The notes under the pieces: model-generated
Database searches by the model: none
Told to the model about the DNA's origin: nothing
Seen by the model: the letters and a program-made list of their open reading frames with translations, nothing else
Shown here: positions 27,001-35,957 of the stretch, piece by piece
Layout of the letters: every line of letters begins with the position of its first letter
How positions within the stretch are numbered: the first letter of the stretch is position 1
Translations under genes and position numbers: made by a program
IMG/VR virus record: IMGVR_UViG_3300029258_005835
Span: 1-54,316 of that record
Source: a virus
Taxonomy: Duplodnaviria; Caudoviricetes
Reading direction: 5' to 3' (one strand)
Length of the DNA: 54,316 nucleotides

Positions 27001-28056
27001 GCAACGGACGCCGCAGTCGAGCAGGCGAGCACGCTGGAGAACAAGCCGTACTACCCGTCCGAGTTTCAAGAGAGCATCGCCCATGCTGTCAACGCCGCGC
27101 TGCTGGCGCACACCAGCACCATAGAGGACTCGAACGTGGCTGATTTCGTCAACTCAATCACGAAGCCTATCGTGAACACTACGGTCGATTCTGTTGCGGA
27201 TGCTCGGACGCGGTTGGGTGATCAAGCACAGACCCAAACACAAACTGAAGCACAAACGCAGACTCAAGCGCAGACTCAAACACAGGCCCAGACGCGGGTC
27301 GCGGTGCGGCCAAGGGTGAGAGCCATGCCTCGCGTGGCGGTACGGACAGCAGTGCAGACGCAGACGAGGACGCGGACGAGACCGATCCTTCCGCTGCCGC
27401 CCCCTGACGGGACTTCCCCTAAGCGGAAGACGGCCGTCGTGTCTCCCGGGTCGCTCGCGTGGGCGCAGGGCATCTTCTGGAAGTATATCCCGTGGCCGTG
27501 GACGGACAGGAAACCGAGGTCCACGCGGTACGCCCCCGAGGGAGCGCGTAATCCCGACGGGACGCGACCTGCGGACACGATACAGATTATCGGTCAACCG
27601 CCGGGGATCGTCCCCGAGAAGGTCAGCATCGACCTCGGGATTTCGGATATCTTCATAACCGACTACGGGAAGCGGATTGAGTTCGCGGGTCACGGGCAGC
27701 GAACGGATGTGGGGAAGCGGATAGACAGCACCACGAAGGGTATGTCCATCCCGTCCGTGGAGTCGAGGAGCACCGCTGAGGTCGCACCAGAGCCGCTCAG
27801 TCCGCGAATAGAAGGGTCGGAGCGTCCGGCGCGACCCGTGGCACCCTCCGAGCCGCCTGCGCCCGCCAAGAGGCGCACAGGGGAGGACAGCCCATATTTC
27901 GATGAGAAGCCGGACTGGCTGGGCGTCCCGACGGATCACCTCGACAAGCCGTGGGCACGGGAGCCATTCGAGAAGAAGACCAAGCCGCGAGGAGCGAAGA
28001 AGAGAAGCAGGACGCGGAAGGCGGATCAGACGGCGCTAGGAGGAATGCGAAGATGA
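24022..28056 (+). CDS. Large Ala/Pro/Glu-rich protein with a central hydrophobic segment and basic tail (putative virion protein)
   Basis: 1344 aa; internal repeats PK(L/V)DxGAPMSPSTIPT x2, WY(E/D)Qx(x)AQDEA x2 and a QT run; TM-like GPIGVALGAVVLAGMLAY. Confidence 0.75.
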   Translation: MATNKERQAELRARSAARKAAGAVAPPTADPAPTPKLDPGAPMSPSTIPTSAPEPKVDLGAPMSPSTIPTTVSEPTQPEPTPTVVGVVGAPPTVPAPFAPTPEGVKAAEEHYGSPEAVQEAAAQQVKAVEEAQAPTITPSPTGPVPGSIEWYRQRGINVIMPRPSTAEEIVESEAERAEQGLEPSLPPEVVEQARAAVEAGEGASPQVAIQHLLETTGKLPELHPDQIAAALGEKATAEYLELAGVENAAAVAAAAASRAEAELKLRAAAGLGVSDPITASDILKVIGSVGSGEATALMEQAGYANPQEFVSSAEQAAQMQEAITGSASYIDAEGNIDLIAMTRDRGVEQAAADLAAMGAVGYEAQLKAVGAALPYIDDEGYINVDEFSKFYGTEEAVKMLGDLGVGGAAELEEKIRHQSNPYRGQAWWDAWYEQRAQDEATAKAEIAQMIDDKTERGLIASWYDQKRAQDEAKDLLQQQGIIMYQEPPKQAFVAPALALPAGAVLPALGGPIGVALGAVVLAGMLAYQYRDEIAGLFDSKASSGEPITTADVMAATGVSQAQLANINSRVAAFVTKPEANTVVPVAISATSTVSPTVVVQEPPIPATETVPLEDAVAAAETFVPPMVQEVETSPFPSAPAIEPEPETFTHVLPKTFGLRDPATGEPLPEGLMVSPQWEEAVVKLARDMYNIPRHVPLDSETFHKLNPLIMRSAAGEAVTMPDITLSGTTYTVPEVAPVGHLTQTFIGSLSGEEARDFAMAVAVTSVSDGLVGDVEPGLSAAELRDVLYIRAAETLHNMAGDLSPDTAAALQPFILSLALKATDTGLASGAYDIYASRMPTEPTTQELFEEAMATPVAPADESSVAPEPTVLEPEIVEPVSTVVEPASVVVEPADAVGPVEAESTESVEAVEPTVPSETVVPAEAAPATVPAATTTPAVAVLEPVEELEQLVQEAQLASFADLYNSAAASEAAVSAGVTAAQAQAALLDAMVVATDAAVEQASTLENKPYYPSEFQESIAHAVNAALLAHTSTIEDSNVADFVNSITKPIVNTTVDSVADARTRLGDQAQTQTQTEAQTQTQAQTQTQAQTRVAVRPRVRAMPRVAVRTAVQTQTRTRTRPILPLPPPDGTSPKRKTAVVSPGSLAWAQGIFWKYIPWPWTDRKPRSTRYAPEGARNPDGTRPADTIQIIGQPPGIVPEKVSIDLGISDIFITDYGKRIEFAGHGQRTDVGKRIDSTTKGMSIPSVESRSTAEVAPEPLSPRIEGSERPARPVAPSEPPAPAKRRTGEDSPYFDEKPDWLGVPTDHLDKPWAREPFEKKTKPRGAKKRSRTRKADQTALGGMRR

Positions 28057-28535
28057 ACGACGACGAGGAACGCTACGAGGGCGAGGACAACGAGCAGGAT
28101 ATGGAGGACCAAGCAGCGGAGGAGGAACTGGAGAACGAGAGCGCCGCAGCTAGGCTGGCACCCGTGCGCCCCAGCGTAGCGACGCAGGCGGGGCGATTCA
28201 CAGGCGGTGCGATACGGTCTACGGGGAGCGCCCTGTACGGCCTCGGTCGGGCGATGGTCCCTGCTCCCTCACCTGACGGGGAATCCCCCAAGAGCGACGA
28301 CCCCGCAGCGGATGATCTGGACGACCTGTTCGAGGGTCCGCAGCCGGAGGACAACGATATGGCCATTGACCACCTTGTCGATGTGCCAGAAGAGGAGGAA
28401 CTTGACGATCTGCTGGATGTGGAGCCGGAGGACATCATGGGCGAGGCACCACCTCCCAGAGTCCGCAGGACGGGCAAGCCGTACGTCCCCAGCAGACAGT
28501 ACCCCTTGGCAGGAATGGGAGGGATGCAGGGGTAG
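28053..28535 (+). CDS. Acidic hypothetical protein
   Basis: D/E-rich, ATGA overlap. Confidence 0.7.
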   Translation: MNDDEERYEGEDNEQDMEDQAAEEELENESAAARLAPVRPSVATQAGRFTGGAIRSTGSALYGLGRAMVPAPSPDGESPKSDDPAADDLDDLFEGPQPEDNDMAIDHLVDVPEEEELDDLLDVEPEDIMGEAPPPRVRRTGKPYVPSRQYPLAGMGGMQG

Positions 28536-28546
28536 GCGGTGAGGTT

Positions 28547-30007
28547 GTGAACACCAACACCAAGTTGACTCTCACGAGGCTACTGCTGGCTGTCGTCGTA
28601 CTGGCGACAGTTCTCGCTTTTGTCGCCTCGGGCGCCGTCGCTCATGCAGCCGACGACCCACCCGAGTTGTATGAGCATATCAACACAGGCGGCGATGGAA
28701 ACAGCCCGCGCATCGCCGTCGGCAACTATACGGCGCAGAAGTTCACATCCGATGACGAGGCTCACTCCGTCACCAACATCCGGTTGCCCCTGATGAGAGT
28801 CGGAGACCCCGAGTACGTGACGCTGGAACTGACCACCGCCACCTCCGGCAACGTCTCGACTGGGGTCGTGATCGCTGATGTAACGATAACGACCGTTCTG
28901 ATCCCGACCGACGACTATGCATGGATCGACTTCGATGTGAGTGATTCCGGCGCGTCGCTGGACGGCAACACGAGCTACGTCATTGTACTCAGCGCTCCGT
29001 ACGGCAACCTCACGAATGACTACATCCTCTGGCAATCGGACGTGGGAGGCGACGGTGACGATGACACAGTGGGGTCTCACTCCACGAATGCAGGGGTCAC
29101 GTGGACTCTCGACACACCGACCGACTACCTGTTCGAGATATGGGGCAGCGGGTCTCTGATTCTCTACGGTGCAAACGTCTTCTCTGACTACATCGAGGAC
29201 GACGACTGGATCATCGTCATTGAGTACGAGAACACGTACCCGCCCTACTACCCGTCCGAGACCGTGGCGTCGTACTTCTTTTTCCAGCTGCTCGATCTCG
29301 ACGGCAACATCACAGCGGAGACCAACGTCCGTATGTGGGAGCACCGACCGGGAAGCATCTACCTGAACGCCGATGAGACGTCCATCTTGGAGTGGGGGTC
29401 CGCATACACCGTGCGGATGATCGGGAACTTTGGCACCGAGCCGTACGTTGACTACGTACTGACCCCGCCCGACTGGCGCGGGCAGGAGCTGACTCTGCTG
29501 GACGACTGGGTCATCGCGCTAGCCCACGAGATAGCAGACGAAGAGGATGAACTCCTGACCGAGTTCGTCGCCGACTCGGGGGAGGTCCTGAACAGTCGTG
29601 GGCAGACCATATTCGCTATCGGCATCCCCTATCTGGGCACGGTGCGGCCCGACCTGATGGAGATGGCCGTGCTGTCCCCGATGCCAACTGATAAGCCCAG
29701 CTTCTCCGTCACGGAGACAGATATCGAGACCGAGCTGGGTACGGAGCTTACGGGTGTGCTTGACGACGGTCGGACGTACATCGGGGTCGAGGACACCGAG
29801 ACTATGGGTGGGATCGTGGTCATGGGAGTGTGCGGCGCAGCACTGGCCGTATCCGCCGTGTTCGGCCATCTGCTCGTCGGCGTCGCACTCAGCTACGTCG
29901 CGTTGATTGCGGCGACTGTCGTAGGGGCCGTGGACTGGGTGTACCTCGGCATCGTGACGTTCGCGATAGCCGTCGTGTGGGTCTATATTCATTTCAGTAA
30001 TAGGTAG
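28547..30007 (+). CDS. Exported beta-rich protein with C-terminal multi-TM anchor
   Basis: Signal peptide ending AHA|ADD; YTAQKFT...DYLFEIW jelly-roll-like domain; about 3 C-terminal TMs. Confidence 0.8.
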   Translation: MNTNTKLTLTRLLLAVVVLATVLAFVASGAVAHAADDPPELYEHINTGGDGNSPRIAVGNYTAQKFTSDDEAHSVTNIRLPLMRVGDPEYVTLELTTATSGNVSTGVVIADVTITTVLIPTDDYAWIDFDVSDSGASLDGNTSYVIVLSAPYGNLTNDYILWQSDVGGDGDDDTVGSHSTNAGVTWTLDTPTDYLFEIWGSGSLILYGANVFSDYIEDDDWIIVIEYENTYPPYYPSETVASYFFFQLLDLDGNITAETNVRMWEHRPGSIYLNADETSILEWGSAYTVRMIGNFGTEPYVDYVLTPPDWRGQELTLLDDWVIALAHEIADEEDELLTEFVADSGEVLNSRGQTIFAIGIPYLGTVRPDLMEMAVLSPMPTDKPSFSVTETDIETELGTELTGVLDDGRTYIGVEDTETMGGIVVMGVCGAALAVSAVFGHLLVGVALSYVALIAATVVGAVDWVYLGIVTFAIAVVWVYIHFSNR

Positions 30008-30011
30008 TGGT

Positions 30012-30374
30012 ATGAGCGAGCGGATAGTTGGGAGAAAGGACAACGGGCTGCTGTGGGTGGCGATGCTGCTGACGCTCCTCGTCGCGGCTGATTTCATCAC
30101 GACGTATCTTTGCCTGACCGCTGGCAAGGGTCTCGTCGAGACGGGGATCGTGGCTCGTCATGTTGTTGACTGGGGTGGGTTGTCCGGCCTCGCCTTGCTC
30201 GATATGGTGGTGGTGTTGCTTCTGGTAGGTGCTGCGTCTCATGCGAAGGGTGTGTGCAGTCGGAGGGGAGAGCATGGCAAGGGTGAATGGGCCGCGCGGT
30301 TGACGTTGTACCCCTACATGATCGCCGTCGGTTACGCTGTCTTCAATAACGCCGGGTGGTTGCTGGTCGGATGA
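30012..30374 (+). CDS. DUF5658-like membrane protein
   Basis: ADFITTYLCLTAGKGLVETG...VFNN pattern, 3 TMs. Confidence 0.65.
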   Translation: MSERIVGRKDNGLLWVAMLLTLLVAADFITTYLCLTAGKGLVETGIVARHVVDWGGLSGLALLDMVVVLLLVGAASHAKGVCSRRGEHGKGEWAARLTLYPYMIAVGYAVFNNAGWLLVG

Positions 30375-32788
30375 AGAAGTTTATTCTAGTGCTGTTGCTC
30401 ACTGTTCTGGCGTCTGTTCTGCTGCCGGTGAGCGCGTGGGCGCAGACATCCACGATAGACACCGATGTGGGGGATATAGACACAGCACTAGACGATACAT
30501 ACCAGACTCGATCGTTCTATGCTTCTGGCCTTCATTGGTTCTTCTGGGTGGATACTGACGACGACCAAGCTAGATATAGCACATCTGCCGATCTTACGGC
30601 AGGATCGTGGGCTGCTGCTGTGAATCTAATTGATGTCGAATATGGGAATCGGCTCTCAGTATGGTATGACGAAGGCACTAACACAGTCCACCTTGCCGCT
30701 GGTGATAAATCTGAATCGGATGCCTACTATCGTATGGGCACACCGGAGGTAGATGGGGCAATTACTTGGGCAGATAACTGGGATTACGTGTGTGAAGCAT
30801 ATTACCCTATCCATATCATTACAGACTCAAATGGCTATCCGTTTCTCTCTGCTGGCAAAACTGTTTACCGATCAACGACACGGGACGGGACATTTACATC
30901 AGACGGAGCACCATATGTATTTACGGGTGATAGTGGGGCTGGGTATCCTGTTTTGGTGCCCCTGACGAGTGGCAAAGTCGCAGCGGTTACCACTGATGGC
31001 GCCATCTATGATCTTTTCATAACTCGTTGGGATGGGTTTAACTGGAGTGCTGAGAAGGAACTTGATGATACCTATCCTCTCAGTGACGTGGCGGCGATCA
31101 ATGTGGACGACGATGTCTATATTGTGCTTAAACGAACCACTGGTGGCGGTGCTGCTGACCGCATTGCGATGGTCAAATACACGTACGGCAGCAATTCGTT
31201 TGGCAGTATCTTCTACGTCTACAATAACGATATCGGTAGTCATAACGACCCCACAGTCACCAAAGACACCAATGATGACATCTACATCCTCTGGCCTAAT
31301 TACAATGCGCCAGCAGCGCAGAGCGACATCATCTACTACCGTGTCTACGACGTGTCTGAGGATGATGGCGAGAACTCCCTCAGTGATACGGTTGAGTTTG
31401 TGGACGAATCTGTGCTCGATGGACTCCCCGCGGCGTGCCAGGGAATTCACTGTGACTACGATAGTGATGGATTCCTCAAAGTGTACTACCCGGCTGATGC
31501 AGCGAGAGCAAAGGTCAAGGGTGAATCGCTGCTGGATGTTGACACCCTGATTCCAGCTACTGTAACCGAGACTTCTGCACGGCTTCGCGGCGAAATAGTA
31601 ATGCTTGGCCTCGGGAGCGCTTCCGCTCAGGGATTCGAGTACCGCGAAGAGGGTGGTGCTACGTCCACCGAGACGGATAACGGCAGCTTCGGGCCGGGAG
31701 TATTCAACTACGACCTCTCCGGCCTCTCCGAGGGAATAACTTATCAGTACCGCGCGTTCGCCACGGATGCTACGGGAACCGTGTATGGTGAGTGGGTTGA
31801 GTTCCAGACGTCCGGCGAGGCTGAAGGCGGCGAGGGCGGCGACGCACCGGGAGCAAACGCCACCGCCCCTCCCGAGGTGACTACGCTTCCCGCGACGTAC
31901 GTGGCCGTCCACACAGCCCAAGTGCACGGTCGCCTAGACGACGACGGAGACGGCATCACAGCCATGCGATTCCGCTACACCGACGGCGTCACGACCAGCT
32001 ACACCCCATGGGTCTCGAACTACGCTACGGGGGACACCCACTCCGCCACCCTCACCGGACTCGACCTCGGCACAGCCTACCAGTTCCGCGTGGAAGGCCA
32101 GAACACCGAGGGCACGGACGAGGGTGCCTACCTGAACTTCACAACCTTGTCCAGTATCCAGCCACCAGGGAACGTCACAGCCTATGCGGAGGAGACCAGC
32201 ATCGTCCTGTCGTGGACGATGGGAGCAGGGTCCACCAAAACCCTGATCCGGTACAAGAAGGGCGGCTACCCGACCAGCACGACCGACGGTTCCCTCATGG
32301 GGAACGTCACGGGAGGTTCAGCCGAGCATACCGGACTGGAGAGTGGCGCGACGTACTACTATTCCCTATGGGGCGTCAGCGGCAACCTGACGTCCGCGAC
32401 GTACGCGACGGTGATGTCGACGACGATATCCGGCGTCGAAGATGAGGACCGCGACGCGCCCGACACACCAGGGCTGTGGTTCATCTCCACCGACTACACA
32501 CGCTTCAGCAACATGCCGCTGTACGACCAGATCAACGATTTCATCGCTTCGCTGGGGATGCCTCTGGGGACGGGCTGGTTCTTCGGCGCGCTGCTGATCT
32601 GTGTCGCCGTATCCCTCGCGGTGTTAGCGAAATCCAGAAACGGGACGGCGGCCCTGATCGTCTTCGCGGTAGCGCTCGCAATCAGCTGCGTCCTGCAGCT
32701 CCTCCCTATGTGGATGGTCGCGTTCGTTATTCTCGCGTTCGTAGGAGTAGGCAAGATGGCGTCTGACCAACAGAGGAGGGCATACTAG
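30371..32788 (+). CDS. Exported protein: propeller-like head, FN3 repeats, C-terminal multi-TM anchor (putative adhesin)
   Basis: Signal peptide AWA|Q; LSGLSEGITYQYRA, LTGLDLGTAYQFRV, HTGLESGATYYYSL FN3 signatures; C-terminal TMs. Confidence 0.85.
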   Translation: MKKFILVLLLTVLASVLLPVSAWAQTSTIDTDVGDIDTALDDTYQTRSFYASGLHWFFWVDTDDDQARYSTSADLTAGSWAAAVNLIDVEYGNRLSVWYDEGTNTVHLAAGDKSESDAYYRMGTPEVDGAITWADNWDYVCEAYYPIHIITDSNGYPFLSAGKTVYRSTTRDGTFTSDGAPYVFTGDSGAGYPVLVPLTSGKVAAVTTDGAIYDLFITRWDGFNWSAEKELDDTYPLSDVAAINVDDDVYIVLKRTTGGGAADRIAMVKYTYGSNSFGSIFYVYNNDIGSHNDPTVTKDTNDDIYILWPNYNAPAAQSDIIYYRVYDVSEDDGENSLSDTVEFVDESVLDGLPAACQGIHCDYDSDGFLKVYYPADAARAKVKGESLLDVDTLIPATVTETSARLRGEIVMLGLGSASAQGFEYREEGGATSTETDNGSFGPGVFNYDLSGLSEGITYQYRAFATDATGTVYGEWVEFQTSGEAEGGEGGDAPGANATAPPEVTTLPATYVAVHTAQVHGRLDDDGDGITAMRFRYTDGVTTSYTPWVSNYATGDTHSATLTGLDLGTAYQFRVEGQNTEGTDEGAYLNFTTLSSIQPPGNVTAYAEETSIVLSWTMGAGSTKTLIRYKKGGYPTSTTDGSLMGNVTGGSAEHTGLESGATYYYSLWGVSGNLTSATYATVMSTTISGVEDEDRDAPDTPGLWFISTDYTRFSNMPLYDQINDFIASLGMPLGTGWFFGALLICVAVSLAVLAKSRNGTAALIVFAVALAISCVLQLLPMWMVAFVILAFVGVGKMASDQQRRAY

Positions 32789-33123
32789 TGCGCATCGCGT
32801 GGATGACGGGGCTCGTACTGCTCTACGTGATCGGTATGGTTATATCCCTGACTTTGGAAGGAGAGTTCCTCGGGTCGTCAGAGACCACCGTGCTCTACCG
32901 GCTCATGAATCCCGAGTTCGGGAGCTTCACGAACCCGCTCAGTGCGATCGGCGGGTTTTTCATCATGATCTGGAACTGGATACAGGCTGTCTGGGATATT
33001 CTCACGTGGGACTACTCCTTCTTCCGCGGATCACTGGAAACCTTCCGCTACGTCGGGTGGGCTGGATCAATAGCCATGGTCGTCTCGCTCGTCTTGGCAG
33101 TCAGAGGGACAGGGAGCAGCTGA
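32788..33123 (+). CDS. Membrane protein
   Basis: Hydrophobic N- and C-terminal helices. Confidence 0.7.
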   Translation: MRIAWMTGLVLLYVIGMVISLTLEGEFLGSSETTVLYRLMNPEFGSFTNPLSAIGGFFIMIWNWIQAVWDILTWDYSFFRGSLETFRYVGWAGSIAMVVSLVLAVRGTGSS

Positions 33124-33368
33124 TGCGCAACAGCAGGGCAGGCAGCATCGTTCTCGGTCTGGCGTGGCTCGCCATGATCGTAATTGTCTACCCCACGTTG
33201 AAGCCTGTCATCGAGTCGTTCGTATCGGACATGCTCGGCGTGACAGGGATCACGACTGGGTTCGCGTTCTTCATTCTCGACACGATGCCCTACTGGGGAC
33301 TGCTGGTGGGGATAGCTGGCGCCTTGTTTATCATCGCGTACGGTGGTAGGAGCAGCGAGAGCCGCTGA
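33123..33368 (+). CDS. 81-aa two-helix hydrophobic protein (candidate minor capsid protein)
   Basis: MRNSRAGSIVLGLAWLAMIVIVYPTL...GVTGITTG...DTMPYWGLLVGIAGALFIIAYGGR; TGATG coupling. Confidence 0.7.
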   Translation: MRNSRAGSIVLGLAWLAMIVIVYPTLKPVIESFVSDMLGVTGITTGFAFFILDTMPYWGLLVGIAGALFIIAYGGRSSESR

Positions 33369-33404
33369 TATTTTTGTCCCAATACAAAGAGGAGGTAATC
33401 AATC

Positions 33405-34094
33405 ATGCAAGACCGGAAGGGAGAAGCCCAAGCGAAAACCCATAGAGGAGTTGAGTTAGGAACCGACAAAGGGAGCTTCGATGATTACTACTGGCGCTGG
33501 CCCTTTGCTGTCGAAGCTGTCATCAACGGCGTTCATTATTCGTCGGTGCACGACGAAGCCATGATGCGAAAAGTAAGTGCTGCGATCTTGAGGCCCAAGT
33601 TGATTGCCGATGTTGCGCTCGTCATGGGGAACTATCCCAGAAGCCCATTATACAAACAATATCCCACGGAAGCGCGCGGCAAGAAGCTATTCTCTAAGGT
33701 ATACGAAGACCTCGTAGCACAGGGTTGGTTGTTCAACAAGACAGATGCCCCAAGCAGAATAGAAGTAGGTGTATACAAAGATGTCAGAGTATGGCACCCA
33801 GAACTCAAGGGGTACGAGATAGTCCTAACTGTAGGTAAGGACCACACCGTAGGGACGTGGGGAATCCGCTACATAGATGCGGCGAGCTTGGCTGATGAGC
33901 GTTGGGACGACACACCGCGAGCGAGAAAGGCGATAATTGACAAACAGCGAGACCAACGCAAACAATACGTCGAGGAAGAGCGGGAAGACTTACGGCGGAT
34001 ATTCACCAAAACTCACAAGAGAACCAAAAGCAAGAACCGAAAGCGGAGTACAACATCCGGAATAGGTGCTTGGTTCGGCGGTATCAGGCGGTGA
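33405..34094 (+). CDS. Inserted (moron-like) hypothetical protein with basic tail
   Basis: Visibly lower GC, own GGAGG RBS, flanked by 40-bp diverged direct repeats. Confidence 0.7.
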   Translation: MQDRKGEAQAKTHRGVELGTDKGSFDDYYWRWPFAVEAVINGVHYSSVHDEAMMRKVSAAILRPKLIADVALVMGNYPRSPLYKQYPTEARGKKLFSKVYEDLVAQGWLFNKTDAPSRIEVGVYKDVRVWHPELKGYEIVLTVGKDHTVGTWGIRYIDAASLADERWDDTPRARKAIIDKQRDQRKQYVEEEREDLRRIFTKTHKRTKSKNRKRSTTSGIGAWFGGIRR

Positions 34095-34158
34095 CGTGGT
34101 ATCGCCGTTCGCCTGAGCCTATTATCACCTACGGCGGCAGGAGCAGCGAGGGCCGCTG

Positions 34159-34287
34159 ATGCCATATTGCCCGTACTGTGGAACTGAGAAGTTGAAGAGG
34201 TTTGGCTTTTACCACTACCGAGGGGAAGCGAAGCGGCGCTACCAGTGTAAGTGCTGTGGGGGTACTACTGCTCGTCCGTTGAGGTGA
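34159..34287 (+). CDS. IS1/InsA-like Zn-ribbon mini-protein (42 aa)
   Basis: Manual translation MPYCPYCGTEKLKRFGFYHYRGEAKRRYQCKCCGGTTARPLR. Confidence 0.65.
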   Translation: MPYCPYCGTEKLKRFGFYHYRGEAKRRYQCKCCGGTTARPLR

Positions 34288-34320
34288 AAGCCCAAGCGCG
34301 ATCACAAGAGGAGGAGTCCG

Positions 34321-34758
34321 ATGGCACTGAACGGCGGGAAACTGATGGCGGCAGTCAAGAAGGGCGCGGCCAGCATCCAGAAGACGTACAGGGACATGCA
34401 GCGGGAGGCCGAGGAGAGGGCCAAGCGCAAGATCGCCAATGCCAAAACCAAGCACGAGAAGGAGCTGGCCCGTATCAATCTCGAGAGGGAGAAGATCGCG
34501 CTCCAGCGCCAGATGTGTGAGGCGCAGTCTGCGCTCGCGAGGGAGAAGGAGGCGGCGGACAAGGCACGGAAGGCCGCTGGCAGGCTGACGCTCGGGGAGC
34601 GGTTGCAGGAGCAGGCCGGTCAGTTCTCCCGTGGGCTTCAGGATGCCCAGAGGAGCATCCAGAAGGCGCAGAGAGGGTCCGCGCGGAGCGGGACGAGTAA
34701 GAAGACTAGCGCGAGGAAGAGCATGGCTGGGAAGGCTACCAGAGCCGCGAAGAAGTGA
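34321..34758 (+). CDS. Basic coiled-coil protein with H1-like K/A/R tail
   Basis: Heptad-like E/K/R/A composition; GAGGAG RBS. Confidence 0.7.
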   Translation: MALNGGKLMAAVKKGAASIQKTYRDMQREAEERAKRKIANAKTKHEKELARINLEREKIALQRQMCEAQSALAREKEAADKARKAAGRLTLGERLQEQAGQFSRGLQDAQRSIQKAQRGSARSGTSKKTSARKSMAGKATRAAKK

Positions 34759-34809
34759 GAAGGCCGACGGGAGCACAGACGGCTCTAAGCTAGCCTTCTC
34801 ACCTCGTCA

Positions 34810-35229
34810 CTACTCGGGGTCTTTGATCCATTCCTCACCGTTCCACACCTCGCCGTACTTCGTCTTCATGACGAAGTCGAACCACAGTTCCTCGCCGGAA
34901 GCGTGGACGTCTCCATACTCAAGACACCACTGCCCGAAGTGCACCATCATCTTGCGAGCGGAGACATACTCTTCACGCACCATGTTCTGCAACTGATCTT
35001 GGCGGGGGAGCCACGTGAAACGGTCGTAGAAGCCCCGCTGGAATCTCCTCTCCTCGATGCGGAGACCGTTGAAGGGATCGTCGATAAACTGCCACTCCTT
35101 CTCGGTGAACAAAGCGGCTTGGTTCCAAGCTACCGACCACCAGACGTCGCCGCGCTTGGGCGATGGTCGGCTGCCTTGTATCTTCACAGCTTCTCTGCAC
35201 TTCTCAACATACCGTTCTGACTTGTCCAT
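34810..35229 (-). CDS. Hypothetical protein
   Basis: YVEKC...WLPRQDQLQ...WNGEEW; GGAGG RBS. Confidence 0.7.
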   Translation of the reverse strand: MDKSERYVEKCREAVKIQGSRPSPKRGDVWWSVAWNQAALFTEKEWQFIDDPFNGLRIEERRFQRGFYDRFTWLPRQDQLQNMVREEYVSARKMMVHFGQWCLEYGDVHASGEELWFDFVMKTKYGEVWNGEEWIKDPE

Positions 35230-35263
35230 TTTCGCTAACCTCCCTCGTACCCCATCTCGCAGT

Positions 35264-35422
35264 CTACTCCTTCTCCCTGCTGACTTCTCTCCATTCCGGC
35301 TCCGACGATACCTTGCCGCATCTGCGGCACACTACTGACCCTGATGACCGCATGTAGACGTACCCAGAGCCGCACTCCGGGCAGTATGGTTTCCTGCCTG
35401 TCTTTGCTTTCTGCTGCGTCAT
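35264..35422 (-). CDS. Zn-ribbon mini-protein (52 aa)
   Basis: Manual translation ...YCPECGSGYVYMRSSGSVVCRRCG...; RBS inside a 15-bp tandem duplication (35422-35451). Confidence 0.65.
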   Translation of the reverse strand: MTQQKAKTGRKPYCPECGSGYVYMRSSGSVVCRRCGKVSSEPEWREVSREKE

Positions 35423-35957
35423 TACTGTGATCCTCCTTACTGTGATCCTCCTTACTCTACCAGCCGTATTGCGCTGATGTGCTCGACTCCGGCGGACCTC
35501 ATCGTCGCTTCCACTTGGGCTTGGTTGTTACCGAAGATGTGTGTCGTCGCCGGACCTACGTCGCTTGTGTAGTCTACTTCGTAGGTGTAGACGACCGCCA
35601 TCATCTCTGTCGCGATAGCCGCCGCTCGGGTCACGGCGTTCGCGAAGGCGCGCGCCTCTTCGATGCCGACGGAGCCTATCGCAGAGTAGTCTCGCTGTCG
35701 TTTGGACGCTTTTGTTCAAGCTTCTCAGCCATCGCCCAAACCCGCGGCAGCAACCCAGCCCCAACCAACACAAACGTAACCGCTAGCCCCAGTATCACTT
35801 TCAACACCAACAACTCCATCAGCTTCACCCCTTTGGTCATCCTTACGAACGATCCAGTTTTTGTACCCGCATTCAGGGCATGGGTCCATACTGCCCACAA
35901 AGCCCTTGAATGTGTGTCCACACTTCTCGCACTTGTGCGCGACTTCCGCTAGCCAGA

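Noticed and set aside
24022-28056. Tape measure protein
   Set aside because: Pro-rich and disordered, with no tail tube, chaperone or baseplate genes nearby
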